A DNA stretch of 62,593 nt, the filler included. It is 7 parts of 7 records of this genome, joined end to end, with 100 filler letters (N's around TTAATTAATTAA, not from the genome) between each part and the next. Parts side by side here need not be neighbours in the genome. Positions count along the whole stretch, not along the records: positions 38,122 to 45,489 come from DRR723986_28684; positions 45,590 to 53,556 come from DRR723986_28752; 5 more parts are not named here. The stretch is one strand, 5' to 3'. Position 1 is the stretch's first letter. Every line of letters starts with the position of its first letter. The translations under genes were made by a program, and so were the position numbers. Below are positions 41,059-50,800 of this stretch, one piece after another. The notes below the pieces were generated by a model. It was not told the origin of the DNA and did no database searches. It saw only the letters and a program-made list of their open reading frames with translations.

Positions 41059-41538
41059 ATGCTGAAATATACAATCTTCGACATGTTCTTGATAACAGGT
41101 GCTTTTGCTGCATTCGTTGCTGGATTTCTACTGTATCGCTCTAACCTTCAGATTGAAGCATCAAACCAAAGGCTGGCGAAAGTGCAGCGAGTTATCCGCG
41201 ATTCCGGAGAAAAGCTGCAATTCAGAATATTACCACCCGTTGGATGGGGAACTGCGTATCGAGTTTCCTCTAGCGAGACGCTTACGCTCCAACTATCAGC
41301 GGCCAAAGACGGACGAATACAACGAACCAACCTAACAATCAACCCTGGCACATCCTTGTTTCGATGCGGCATTGCCAGCAAGGGAAAGCTCTTCATCGCG
41401 TGCGACAACCAGCATCAGCAAATTGACGTAGATTTCCTTTCAGGTTCCTATCATCCCATTTCTGAGGCTAAAACAAGTTCTTTTCCTTGTGCAGTTGTTC
41501 GTGACTCGGACTTTGCAATAACTATTTGCGAGCCGTGA
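41059..41538 (+). CDS. Hypothetical membrane-anchored protein (Planctomycete-like N-terminus)
   Basis: MLKYTIFDMFLITGAFAAFVAG resembles the Planctomycete 'FSLRxLL' type N-terminal anchors. Confidence 0.55.
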   Translation: MLKYTIFDMFLITGAFAAFVAGFLLYRSNLQIEASNQRLAKVQRVIRDSGEKLQFRILPPVGWGTAYRVSSSETLTLQLSAAKDGRIQRTNLTINPGTSLFRCGIASKGKLFIACDNQHQQIDVDFLSGSYHPISEAKTSSFPCAVVRDSDFAITICEP

Positions 41539-41595
41539 CACACGCATGCCTTTACACTCTGTCATTACGGCTTCTCATCTTTCCGATAGTTTCCT

Positions 41596-41955
41596 ATGCG
41601 TATTGCCCTTGCAGGAATTTACAAATCCGGCACAAATGCAATTGCTGGAGTCGCACACTATCTCCGAGTGAAAGTGGGAATCTGCACAGAGGCGAACACT
41701 TCGCTGCACACGCGGCCTCTGTTGCAGTACGACGCTCGAGCCATGTATCGCCTGGGTCAGAGACTCTTGACGGCCCCACAGCCAGGTTTTTGGAGATGCC
41801 GAATCATAGAACTTACAGCCTACCGGCAATTGGCCGCATGCGTCACACACAGGCGCATTGTGCTGTGCAATCGGCATGTCAGCCCCACAAGCTGCAGATC
41901 GGCACCAAAGGCTAATCGGAATCTGCCTCAGCCTAGCTTAGGCCCAGCATCGTGA
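41596..41955 (+). pseudogene. Possible decayed sulfotransferase gene
   Basis: N-terminal IALAGIYKSGTNAIAGVAHYL resembles the 5'-PAPS-binding loop (GxxRSGTS..AG.L..L). The rest looks degenerate. Confidence 0.3.
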
Positions 41956-41957
41956 GG

Positions 41958-44900
41958 TTAGGTTGCGTCTTTGCCTTCAGACGATGACTCTTCTGGAATC
42001 TCTGCCTCAGCTTTTTCATCGTGTCGCTCAGCCTCTGGCTCAAGCAACTCAAGTCCAAAGTTCTCGCCCTTGTCGACTGCAGGAACACCGGCCGCCATCC
42101 ACTCCGGTTCGGGAGCGTCGAGAAGATAGTGGTCGAAGAACTGCTGCATGCGGATGGCGAAGTCTCGACGATTCGCGTCGCCCATGACCCAGTGCGGATT
42201 GCCGTTATAGTTCAACATCCAAGCTGGTTTTTCGAGCCGCCGTAGTGCAACGAATAGTTCGATGCCCTGATACCAAGGCACGGCACCGTCTTCATCGTTG
42301 TGCAGAATCAGCAACGGCGTGTTGATCTTGTCGGCAAAGAACACTGGCGAGTTTGCGATGTACTTGTCACGGGCGGCCCAAAGGTCTTCACCAATACGGC
42401 TTTGAGTCTTTTCGTACTGGAACATGCGACTCATCCCGCTACCCCAACGAATTCCACCGTAAGCACTCGTCATATTACTAACCGGTGCACCCGACTCGGC
42501 ACAGGCAAACATGTCCGTCTGAGTGACGAGGTAGGCCGTTTGGTAGCCGCCCCAGCTATGCCCTTGCATTCCGATCTTGTCTTTATTGACGAAACCTTGG
42601 GCGATCAAGTGCTCAACTCCCGGCAAGATTGCGTTCGCTGCGCTTGGGCCAGGCTCCCCAGTCTTGTAGGGAATATCAGGGATGAAAACCAAGTACCCCC
42701 GGCTTACATAGAAACTATGGCAGATGATCGAGCGTCCTGCCGCGGGCGGATAGTAGCTGTGCAGGTTGTCGGAATTGCGTTCGTAGAAGTAAACCATCAA
42801 AGGGTACTTCTTATTCGGATCGAAGCCGTCTGGCTTCAGCAGGATCCCGTCGAGTGGCTCACCATCGGTGGCATCCCAATGCACGAGCTCTGCAGTTCCC
42901 CAGGTATAGTGATCCTGTTGAGGGTTCGCATCGGTGACTCTTTGCACTTCCTTGAACTCGAGCGTGCTAGCCCAAAGATCCGGGCAGTTGCGAAACGTGC
43001 TGCGTGTGAAGACAACCCGCTTGGAGTCTTCAGCTTTTCGAATACCACGAACTGCCTCGTCAAGCATCATTAGCTGATGTAAGTTGCTTTCGGCGTCTCC
43101 AGCGTCACCGGAAGCCGGTTCATCGGCAGAGTCCGACGTATCGCCTTGTCCTAGCGTCAACTGAAAATATCCACTCGCCTTAGTCTTGCGATTGAACGCC
43201 TCCAGCAGCAGTGTTGCGTCGGGAGCAATTGCTCGCTGTTTGATATCAAGGCGCCGATATCGGAATCGAATATCGTTCTGCCGACCATACTCACCGGTCA
43301 AGCATTCTGGCTTGGATTCGCCGGTCGGATCCAGCTTCCATATGTCATAACTATCGTAAACAAGTATTGCTTCATCGTCTGCGAGCCATCCGGCTGCACC
43401 ATAAGAGCGAGGAAGACTTGGTGTATCATGCAGTTCATCGTAAAGCGGGTATTCGATTCCAGCGCTGATCTCGACGATCTCGCTTCCCGCTTCTGTTCCC
43501 TTGGCAAACCATGCTTGCTTCTCAGAGTCAAACCAAGTCATGTACTCGCCCTTGGGCGACAGGGAAACAAACCACTTGACTTTCTCAAGCGCCAGCTCAC
43601 GTTCGCCTGTTTCTAGATCTACCAAGTAGGCATCTTGAAAGCCTGGAATGTCCCAGGACAACATCTTTCGATATCGCATGTTGGTATTTGCGACTGCGAC
43701 GCTAGCCCGTGATCGGTAGTCGATACTGACGCTTGGCACTTCGCGCGTCCCAAGCTGTGCGACTTTCTTGCTCGTCAAATTGTAGACTGCACGATAGACG
43801 CGGTTTCGCTCCGCCGCAGCTTGTAGCAATTGTTGCGGTTGCAACTGAGGGTCTTGCCAATGCCAGATGTCCAGTTTCGCCTTTTCCGAATCATCCGCCT
43901 TGGCTGCTTTCCTATTCTTCGATTCGGCTTCCCTAATTTCGACGACTTCTTCAGGAATCGGTGCGGTGTCAAAGTAGAGGCGTTTTCCATCCTCGCTAAA
44001 TCGTTGCGCTGAACCTGGGGCGATCCACCAACCAATTGGCAGGCCGACTGATTCTTCGTGGGCAATCTTCTTGGCAGCTTTGGAGCGAACTCTCCAAAGG
44101 TAGACAGCCCAAGACGGCTTTTCGCAGTCGTAGTCGTCCCGATTGGTCGTAAATGCGAGCTGCTTGGTGTCATCGCTAAAGGTCAGCCCGCGGTATTCTC
44201 CAGAACCGGTGCAGACAGACGTCAACTCAAGCTTGGCTAAATCGAAAACGTGAACTCCATCAGAGCTGTGCGAGCTTTCTGCTTTCTTGGACGATTTTGC
44301 GTCTTCTGAAGCGTCACGGCCCTCTTCTGATTCGGTCGAAACCACAAAGGCAAGCCTTTCGCCACCTTTACTGAACTGAAACGAGGTCACGTTGGGAAAG
44401 GTTCTCCGGATGCCCGTTTCAAGATTGAGCAATACGAGTGGACTGCCACTACGTTTCGATTTGTCGTCGTCCTCTGAAGCAGATTCTTCCTGCTGTTCTT
44501 CTGTTTTGTTCTTCTGGCCTGCCGGCTTGGCGGCCTTCTCGCGAATCACCTCCGCAACTTGACCGCGTTCTTTGTTGAGCGTCTCTCGGCTTTTCAGCTT
44601 CAATGACTTTTCCGGACGGACCAAGCCAGACTCAGTGACCTCGTAAACCTCGGGCTTGCCTGTCTTCTTCTGTTTGATTGTGTCGCCGCCGCTCGCAGAC
44701 TCCAACTGACACGCTACCCAAGAACTCGACTCCTCCGGCAAGCGGAAAGAACGGACCGAGCTGAGCGAAAGGACATCACCAGAAGCAAGCGTTAGGATTT
44801 TGAGTTCAGGCTTTGGAAATTCGCTGGACGGCCGCTTGGCGTCCCGAAGCTGTTTGATTCTGGAAGCGTCTGGCAATACTCGGTAAATCGCCAGTTTGCT

Positions 44901-45197
44901 GTCGAATGAGAACTGAAGCCCTGAGCCTCGCGGAATCGTATACTCCGCGCCACTGCCAAGATTCTGGATTCTCAACTCGGCCTGAGCATCCGTTGCACCC
45001 GATTGCACTGAATAGCTGACCCAGCGCCCATCACGGGACAATTGGTAGCGAGCCAGAGTGTTCCACACGTCATAGTCTTTGTGTTCAAGCTGACGCCGCT
45101 CGAGCGCCTCGGCCGCCCGTGATTGAGTAGGCAAACCAGAACAGAGAAGAGCTAGAAGCGGGCACCACCAAAGATGTGGGGCTGAGCGAAACGCCAT
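41958..45197 (-). CDS. S9 prolyl oligopeptidase family serine peptidase, exported
   Basis: Signal peptide, beta-propeller, GHSWGG nucleophile motif, HNDEDGAVPW and catalytic His in NPHW. CAGGAG RBS. Confidence 0.93.
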   Translation of the reverse strand: MAFRSAPHLWWCPLLALLCSGLPTQSRAAEALERRQLEHKDYDVWNTLARYQLSRDGRWVSYSVQSGATDAQAELRIQNLGSGAEYTIPRGSGLQFSFDSKLAIYRVLPDASRIKQLRDAKRPSSEFPKPELKILTLASGDVLSLSSVRSFRLPEESSSWVACQLESASGGDTIKQKKTGKPEVYEVTESGLVRPEKSLKLKSRETLNKERGQVAEVIREKAAKPAGQKNKTEEQQEESASEDDDKSKRSGSPLVLLNLETGIRRTFPNVTSFQFSKGGERLAFVVSTESEEGRDASEDAKSSKKAESSHSSDGVHVFDLAKLELTSVCTGSGEYRGLTFSDDTKQLAFTTNRDDYDCEKPSWAVYLWRVRSKAAKKIAHEESVGLPIGWWIAPGSAQRFSEDGKRLYFDTAPIPEEVVEIREAESKNRKAAKADDSEKAKLDIWHWQDPQLQPQQLLQAAAERNRVYRAVYNLTSKKVAQLGTREVPSVSIDYRSRASVAVANTNMRYRKMLSWDIPGFQDAYLVDLETGERELALEKVKWFVSLSPKGEYMTWFDSEKQAWFAKGTEAGSEIVEISAGIEYPLYDELHDTPSLPRSYGAAGWLADDEAILVYDSYDIWKLDPTGESKPECLTGEYGRQNDIRFRYRRLDIKQRAIAPDATLLLEAFNRKTKASGYFQLTLGQGDTSDSADEPASGDAGDAESNLHQLMMLDEAVRGIRKAEDSKRVVFTRSTFRNCPDLWASTLEFKEVQRVTDANPQQDHYTWGTAELVHWDATDGEPLDGILLKPDGFDPNKKYPLMVYFYERNSDNLHSYYPPAAGRSIICHSFYVSRGYLVFIPDIPYKTGEPGPSAANAILPGVEHLIAQGFVNKDKIGMQGHSWGGYQTAYLVTQTDMFACAESGAPVSNMTSAYGGIRWGSGMSRMFQYEKTQSRIGEDLWAARDKYIANSPVFFADKINTPLLILHNDEDGAVPWYQGIELFVALRRLEKPAWMLNYNGNPHWVMGDANRRDFAIRMQQFFDHYLLDAPEPEWMAAGVPAVDKGENFGLELLEPEAERHDEKAEAEIPEESSSEGKDAT

Positions 45198-45460
45198 TTG
45201 AATTCTCCTGAGTCTCGTTGTGTGGCTAGACTCTGAGAATAATCGCTGCCAACAGAACGAGAAGGCGTCTTATGACGGAATTCGCGGCCGCTACCGAAGA
45301 AAGCGGCAATTCATAGAAAATCTCTATTCGCGGCGCCGCGGAACGAGCCGAACCTAATGCTGCGGCGAATCTGATGCCTCGGCTGAGGCAAAGAATCGGA
45401 TCGACCGGAAGGGCAGGGCTACAAATCGCCTCGGCCAAGTCGCCCTGCATCATCGACGCC

Positions 45461-45489
45461 GTGAAACTTCATTCGTGAAACTTCATTCG
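45461..45489. repeat. 14-bp tandem repeat at the contig end
   Basis: GTGAAACTTCATTC twice, running into the linker. Confidence 0.8.
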
Positions 45490-45589
45490 NNNNNNNNNNN
45501 NNNNNNNNNNNNNNNNNNNNNNNNNNNNNNNNNTTAATTAATTAANNNNNNNNNNNNNNNNNNNNNNNNNNNNNNNNNNNNNNNNNNNN
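45490..45589. other. Artificial contig linker
   Basis: N44-TTAATTAATTAA-N44. Confidence 0.99.
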
Positions 45590-46349
45590 ATTATTGTCAA
45601 GTCAAAAAGATGGAGCGGGCAAACATTAACAAACCAGTGGAGCTTCTCGCCGACTACGCAAGGCGCAACCTTTGCCTACGGAATAGTGCGCCGCGTGCTG
45701 TAGCGACAGAACCCGGACCAACTGTCGATTTCTCAGTTAACCGCGTTACCCACTTGTCATAGAGTCGCAGTGCCTAAAAATGTGTTTTTTTGATGTCAAC
45801 CCTCCTGGTGTAAGGTGCAGATTGATGTTTTTTTGTGTAAATATCCAAGATTCTTTGGCAAAAAGAAAGTGGTGTCACCATAGCGATCTAGACACAATCT
45901 AACAGTGTAAAAGGAGAATGCAAAAATGCGAGATATTTGAATCATGGGAGCGTACCAAGGTCTTAACTACTGTACAAACACAGCGTCCTGCGACGATGGA
46001 AAATAGCACATTAGCTGTAAATACGTATGCACTACGTATTGGAATTTTCCAAATTACTCTAATGCCTGAATCTGTTGAAAAATCATTTGTTTTGAAGTGC
46101 TTGACGTGGCCACTGTGCCGCTGAAATTTCTCGTGCGGAAAAAAATCACTGCAATTGTAGTTCACAGATTATTGATCCACCATAACTGTTTTTCATTTTT
46201 TGTTGCACCATTTCTTTCGCGTTTAAACCACCGGTACAGTCGTCTTTTGTCGTGCTCAAACCAAGCTGATGGTACCTGCAGAATTACTGTGAATACAGTC
46301 TGTTTGTGTAACCAGTGTTATGCGGTGTTATTTTGATCAAATAAAAAAC

Positions 46350-46378
46350 TTGCGTGTAAATTTTGCCGAGTGTATGTT
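46350..46378 (+). promoter_or_regulatory. Candidate sigma70-type promoter
   Basis: TTGCGT - 17 bp - TATGTT, preceded by the A-tract AAATAAAAAAC. Confidence 0.5.
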
Positions 46379-46384
46379 GCACCA

Positions 46385-46865
46385 ACTGTCTTGCAGTCGA
46401 GTAAATAACCTCAACCCTGTTTAAACATCGAAGGGCAGCCGAGGTCTTCGACTCACTGCAAAATTCTACATTGTTAAGTGGCTCACTGCCGCGCAGTCTC
46501 AGTTAAATTAATGGAGCAAACTGCCAAATAGGTGAAATCCTCTGCTCTTGATTAACTGTGAATCTGTTTGATTGGCTTAGGTAGTCAGCCTAGGTGCAAT
46601 TGAACGTGTTTCAGCTTCTTTAACATTCAATAAATCAGCTTAACCATTCGGAGTGCTCCAATAGGAGGACTTGCGTATGTTTGTGCCTTGTTCACAAGAA
46701 CCTGGTGCAATTAATAAAACAATTCACTGCATACTCAACCGAGTAAACCCAAGAGCGGCTCCATACACCTGGAGTAGTCATGAGTTGTGCAGTTAAGTCT
46801 AGAAAACTTAACATCCTGGCACTTTCATCTGAGGTTTCAGCCCCAGTTGTTTGCCGGGGAGTTTA
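46385..46865 (+). ncRNA. Putative large structured ncRNA or long structured leader (family unrecognised)
   Basis: ORF-free stretch tiled by nested complementary segments (listed in findings), starting just after the candidate promoter. Confidence 0.5.
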
Positions 46866-46884
46866 TACGCCATAAAACATTGAG

Positions 46885-47787
46885 ATGAAAGAACCAGGTC
46901 TTTTCGCATCAAGGCAAAAGAGTGCTGCACTCTTATTTGCCCCCATAATAATAGTTTGGCTGCTGCTTGCGGTACAGCCCGTCACAGCCTCAAAAACTCT
47001 GCTCGTGTTCGACTTTAATCGCGACTGTGTCGCCGACACCTTAACAGGTGATATTATTGCCGACACAGTCCTTCCCAGACAAATTATCTGGGGCAACCAC
47101 TCAACATGTCCGCTGCCGGGCGACCCCTATCACGATTCGCTGCGGCATTTCAGAACCTGGCTCAAGTTACCGGCATTAAGTAATATCAAGGTTTTACCAA
47201 CTGCGGGGAATGTTAACAGCGCGCAGGATACAACCGCCGATTTAACACTGTTTATCCAGGGCCAAGTTTCAGACGGTCAAGGTGGTTACCTGGATTCGGC
47301 ATTGGCGCTTGTACTATTTGGTCAGCACGGCCTTGACACTCTGGACACATTGGATTTATGTTTGGTCACGAGTTCTAGCTTACTTGCTCCTTTTACAGCC
47401 ATTCTACTGAGCAGTAGTAACCTGACGAACCCGGTGGATTTGTGGGCGGGGAAGACCAGCGCACGCCTGACGGGAATAACACTGCCAAGTGCCAAAGAAG
47501 GTGTCTCAAGACCCCAGACGCCAAGTTCTGGACCACTAAGTGCATCCTTAAGTCCTACGCCGAGCCGCAACTTTGCCATATTAACAGTCGAGGGCTTACG
47601 AGACTCAGAGACCGACGTTCACATCCTCGACACTCGCGGCCGCAGAGTGCACAATCTTAAGATCCCCGGCGGAAAATTTGTTGAATATCGTATAGATTTA
47701 AGAACCCTCGCAGCGGGACAGTATTCACTGCTTATAGATCCCAGCGGCCTCCAGCCACTTCACTTGCCGCTAATTATAATACGCTAA
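46885..47787 (+). CDS. Exported protein with T9SS type A C-terminal sorting domain
   Basis: Signal peptide, DFNRDCVAD calcium-loop-like motif, and a C-terminus SPTPS...ILDTRGRRV...IDLRTLAAGQYSLLI...LIIIR matching the Por_Secre_tail pattern. Confidence 0.75.
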   Translation: MKEPGLFASRQKSAALLFAPIIIVWLLLAVQPVTASKTLLVFDFNRDCVADTLTGDIIADTVLPRQIIWGNHSTCPLPGDPYHDSLRHFRTWLKLPALSNIKVLPTAGNVNSAQDTTADLTLFIQGQVSDGQGGYLDSALALVLFGQHGLDTLDTLDLCLVTSSSLLAPFTAILLSSSNLTNPVDLWAGKTSARLTGITLPSAKEGVSRPQTPSSGPLSASLSPTPSRNFAILTVEGLRDSETDVHILDTRGRRVHNLKIPGGKFVEYRIDLRTLAAGQYSLLIDPSGLQPLHLPLIIIR

Positions 47788-47847
47788 TAATCCGCTACCT
47801 GCTATGCAACTAAAAGAAAATCAGCGAAAAACTCGAAACAGAACTTT

Positions 47848-50800
47848 ATGAAAATGTTTAAACAAATACCTTTACTTGGGGTCGCCGGTATAATGCTGGT
47901 TTTATCACCCTGCTCTCCGCTTCAGGCACAACACTCCGGCCTTGTTCTCAATATGGAACATGCGGCCGATTTGCACAATGAACACGGTATGTTCAATGGC
48001 GCCTCTGTTATGGTCGATGGTAACCTGGTAGTCTCAAACTCAAGCGGAGTTGTTAACTATTCGTATCCAATTTCAAATAACGCAGTGCATGGTACTGAAT
48101 TACCCGTCAGCTTAAACTACTGCGGCTCAGTTAAGTTTACAGCCTACCGACACTTCTTTGGCGGGAGTGACCAGGCCGAACAGGAATACAGTAACTATGC
48201 CTGGTCTTATGGACAAACAGCCTTTGATGCAGGCAACACAGTCGAATACGACTCCTGGACGCAGTTTTCGGTCCAGCGGCCGGCATGGATTGTCTCGGTT
48301 GGCGGATTTGCGGTCCAGGTTCTGCATCACAATACCGACTTAACATTTGACTACGAGTCCGTCGCGTCAGGCCAAATGGCGTTTCAGGACGCTGCGCTCA
48401 ACTGGAATGTGTTTGGTTACGATGTCTCCGGCGGCCTCAACTTATTCCAGAATAATGACGACCGCGACAAGATACACCTATTGCGTGGAGACGGATCCGT
48501 TCTGGAATTACGTAATCCGATCATGAAAGAATTCAGCAGTGAAGTTGATCCGTATAAGTCGGCTAATCTCTGGACGGGCTATTATTATCCCAACGAACCC
48601 AACCCGAGCGGATATGCGCTTGTAGAGATTGATAATGCCGCGGCCGCACAAATGCACGCGCGTTTTCCCGGTGGGTTTACCAACAAAGTTGGTTTTGAGC
48701 CACGCATAGTGCGCTGGTTTCCCGGCAACGGTCTTGAGTATGTTTTTTACGAAGAAAAAATGCCATTTGGCAAGGAAGTATACGAAGGCCTGCCGCCGCG
48801 TGGCAACCAGGTCAGCGGCACAAGCATGTTCTACCTGCGCAAGATTAACAACGTTGCCGGGCAGGTCACGCAGATCGATTATTCACGGCACTACGATGTA
48901 ATGTGGCCGTCTGCCGGCCGTGCCGTCGTTACGGAGTTACATGGACATCGTTTCTCATTTTCTAATGGTGCCATGTCGATCGACGCCATGGGCCGCAATA
49001 TCAAGGCGGTTCTTTCTTCAGTTGGTCGCGGAAATGCCTCCAGCAGCAGTGCATTGCCGCTCGGCAGCTTGGGGTACAGCGGTCTTGGGGCGGGTTCATA
49101 TAGCTCCTGGAACGGAATGATTGACTGGATCATTGATCCGGTGGGGCGTCGTACTGATTTTGAATATCAGGATCATGTGCGTATTTATCAAAACTTTAAC
49201 TTTCCGGTCCCAAACAATTTGCCCGCCGGAGATGTGGAGTTAACAGTCAGCCATAAACGCCTGTCAAAAGTTAAAACCGCAACCTTTGATCAGGTTCTGG
49301 AATATCACACTCCCAATTCAGCCACAATTACCAGCAGTTTTGCGGAGTCGAATACCAGTCCGCCATTTGCCGTCAGTTCCTTGTTAAATCCGATCGTATC
49401 CAAACTTGAGAAACGCGACAAACAAAACAAACTACTCGTTTCTGTTGACTATACGATTAACAACCAGGGAACTGGAACGTTTGACTTTATCGAAACAGTC
49501 AAGGACTATGCAGCTGACGGTATGACGCTGCGCGGAACCGTTAAACGCACGTACACATACGATGACCTCTTCCTGACACGAGTAAACGGCGACAGTCGCG
49601 GCACTTGGAATGAAGGCGCCATGACCTATCTGGCTTTGCTGAACACAACTGAGGAGGGCGCCGGCGAAATTCGGCGCTCCTATAAAACCTATGGCAACGT
49701 GGCCGGCTTATCAAATTATCATCGCTTGCCGCTCAGCTCCGGCACCAGTATCAAAAAAGTTAACGGGCCGGAGTTGACCACGTCAGACCTGACGTATGCC
49801 TATCAGACGGGGCCGACGCATGACTGGGGTGGTAATACGAATCTGCAATCCTGGTTTGGTGCTGCTGTTACCACGGCAACTACAACGGTACGACGTCCGG
49901 ATTTCCCGCTCGTAATCCTCAAGAAAGTTGACGTTTTTGAACACCGGCCCACAACAACGCAGTCGGTGTCCTGGCAGACCAAATTATGGAACAAGTTTGG
50001 TGCCATCAGCAAGTGGCTGGAACTGGAGAATCATCCCGATTCCGTTAACCCATACAAAAGCTACTTTGAAATTGACACCTTTACCGTTGTTAACGATCAG
50101 CATACTCTAACAGCTCCATACCGCTCGGGCCTGCAGGTGCGCAGTCACGTTGAAAATGTTAACGGAGATATTCTGGCAGGTGCGCGCGCGGAGTATCCCA
50201 CAAGTTACCAACAGGAGTATATTAGCGGTGATCCCTTTCCCTACGGACTGCTGCCAAATATCAAAGCCAGGGAGTACACCATCGGTCTCAACGGCGTTGA
50301 AACTGAGACGATGAACTATCTCTACGTGCGTGACGGTGCGCGCCGTGGGCAGCTGGCACGATCTGAGGACGCATTTGGAGCGGTAACACGCATCTGGCAT
50401 GAAACCTGGCGCATACCCGGTGACTTTGCCAATAAAGCCAAACGTTTGATGAACGACGGCACAGTTACTGATCGCGGTTTATTCTCCAGCTTCCACATTT
50501 TTGCCAAACCAATCGGTGCCACGCGTTATGTGCGCCAGGCGCCAATCGGAGCAACCACTGCTCAGTTAACGGCTTGTACCGAGTCAACGTATTTTGGCCT
50601 GAGTGCGGGTTCCATCGATGAAAATGGCTGGTATTCGGCCCTTGATTATGATCAGAACGGCAGGTTACGGCATGCCATTCTGCCCGGCGACTTTCCAACG
50701 ACTACGCAGACTTATACGCTCGAAACCACACAAAGCTTGCGCGTTTACGGCAATTCAATCCGCTCTGCAACCAGCGTCAAAAAAGAGTGTGACGATGAAA

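Noticed and set aside
45899-46336. Short ORFs upstream of the Rhs locus
   Set aside because: Overlapping and low in coding character with no motifs. The region looks like AT-rich regulatory DNA.
46385-46865. tmRNA, RNase P RNA, group I/II intron or a common riboswitch
   Set aside because: By eye, on either strand, I found no tRNA-like ends, no GAGGAAAGTCC core, no domain V or P7 signature and no recognisable aptamer consensus.
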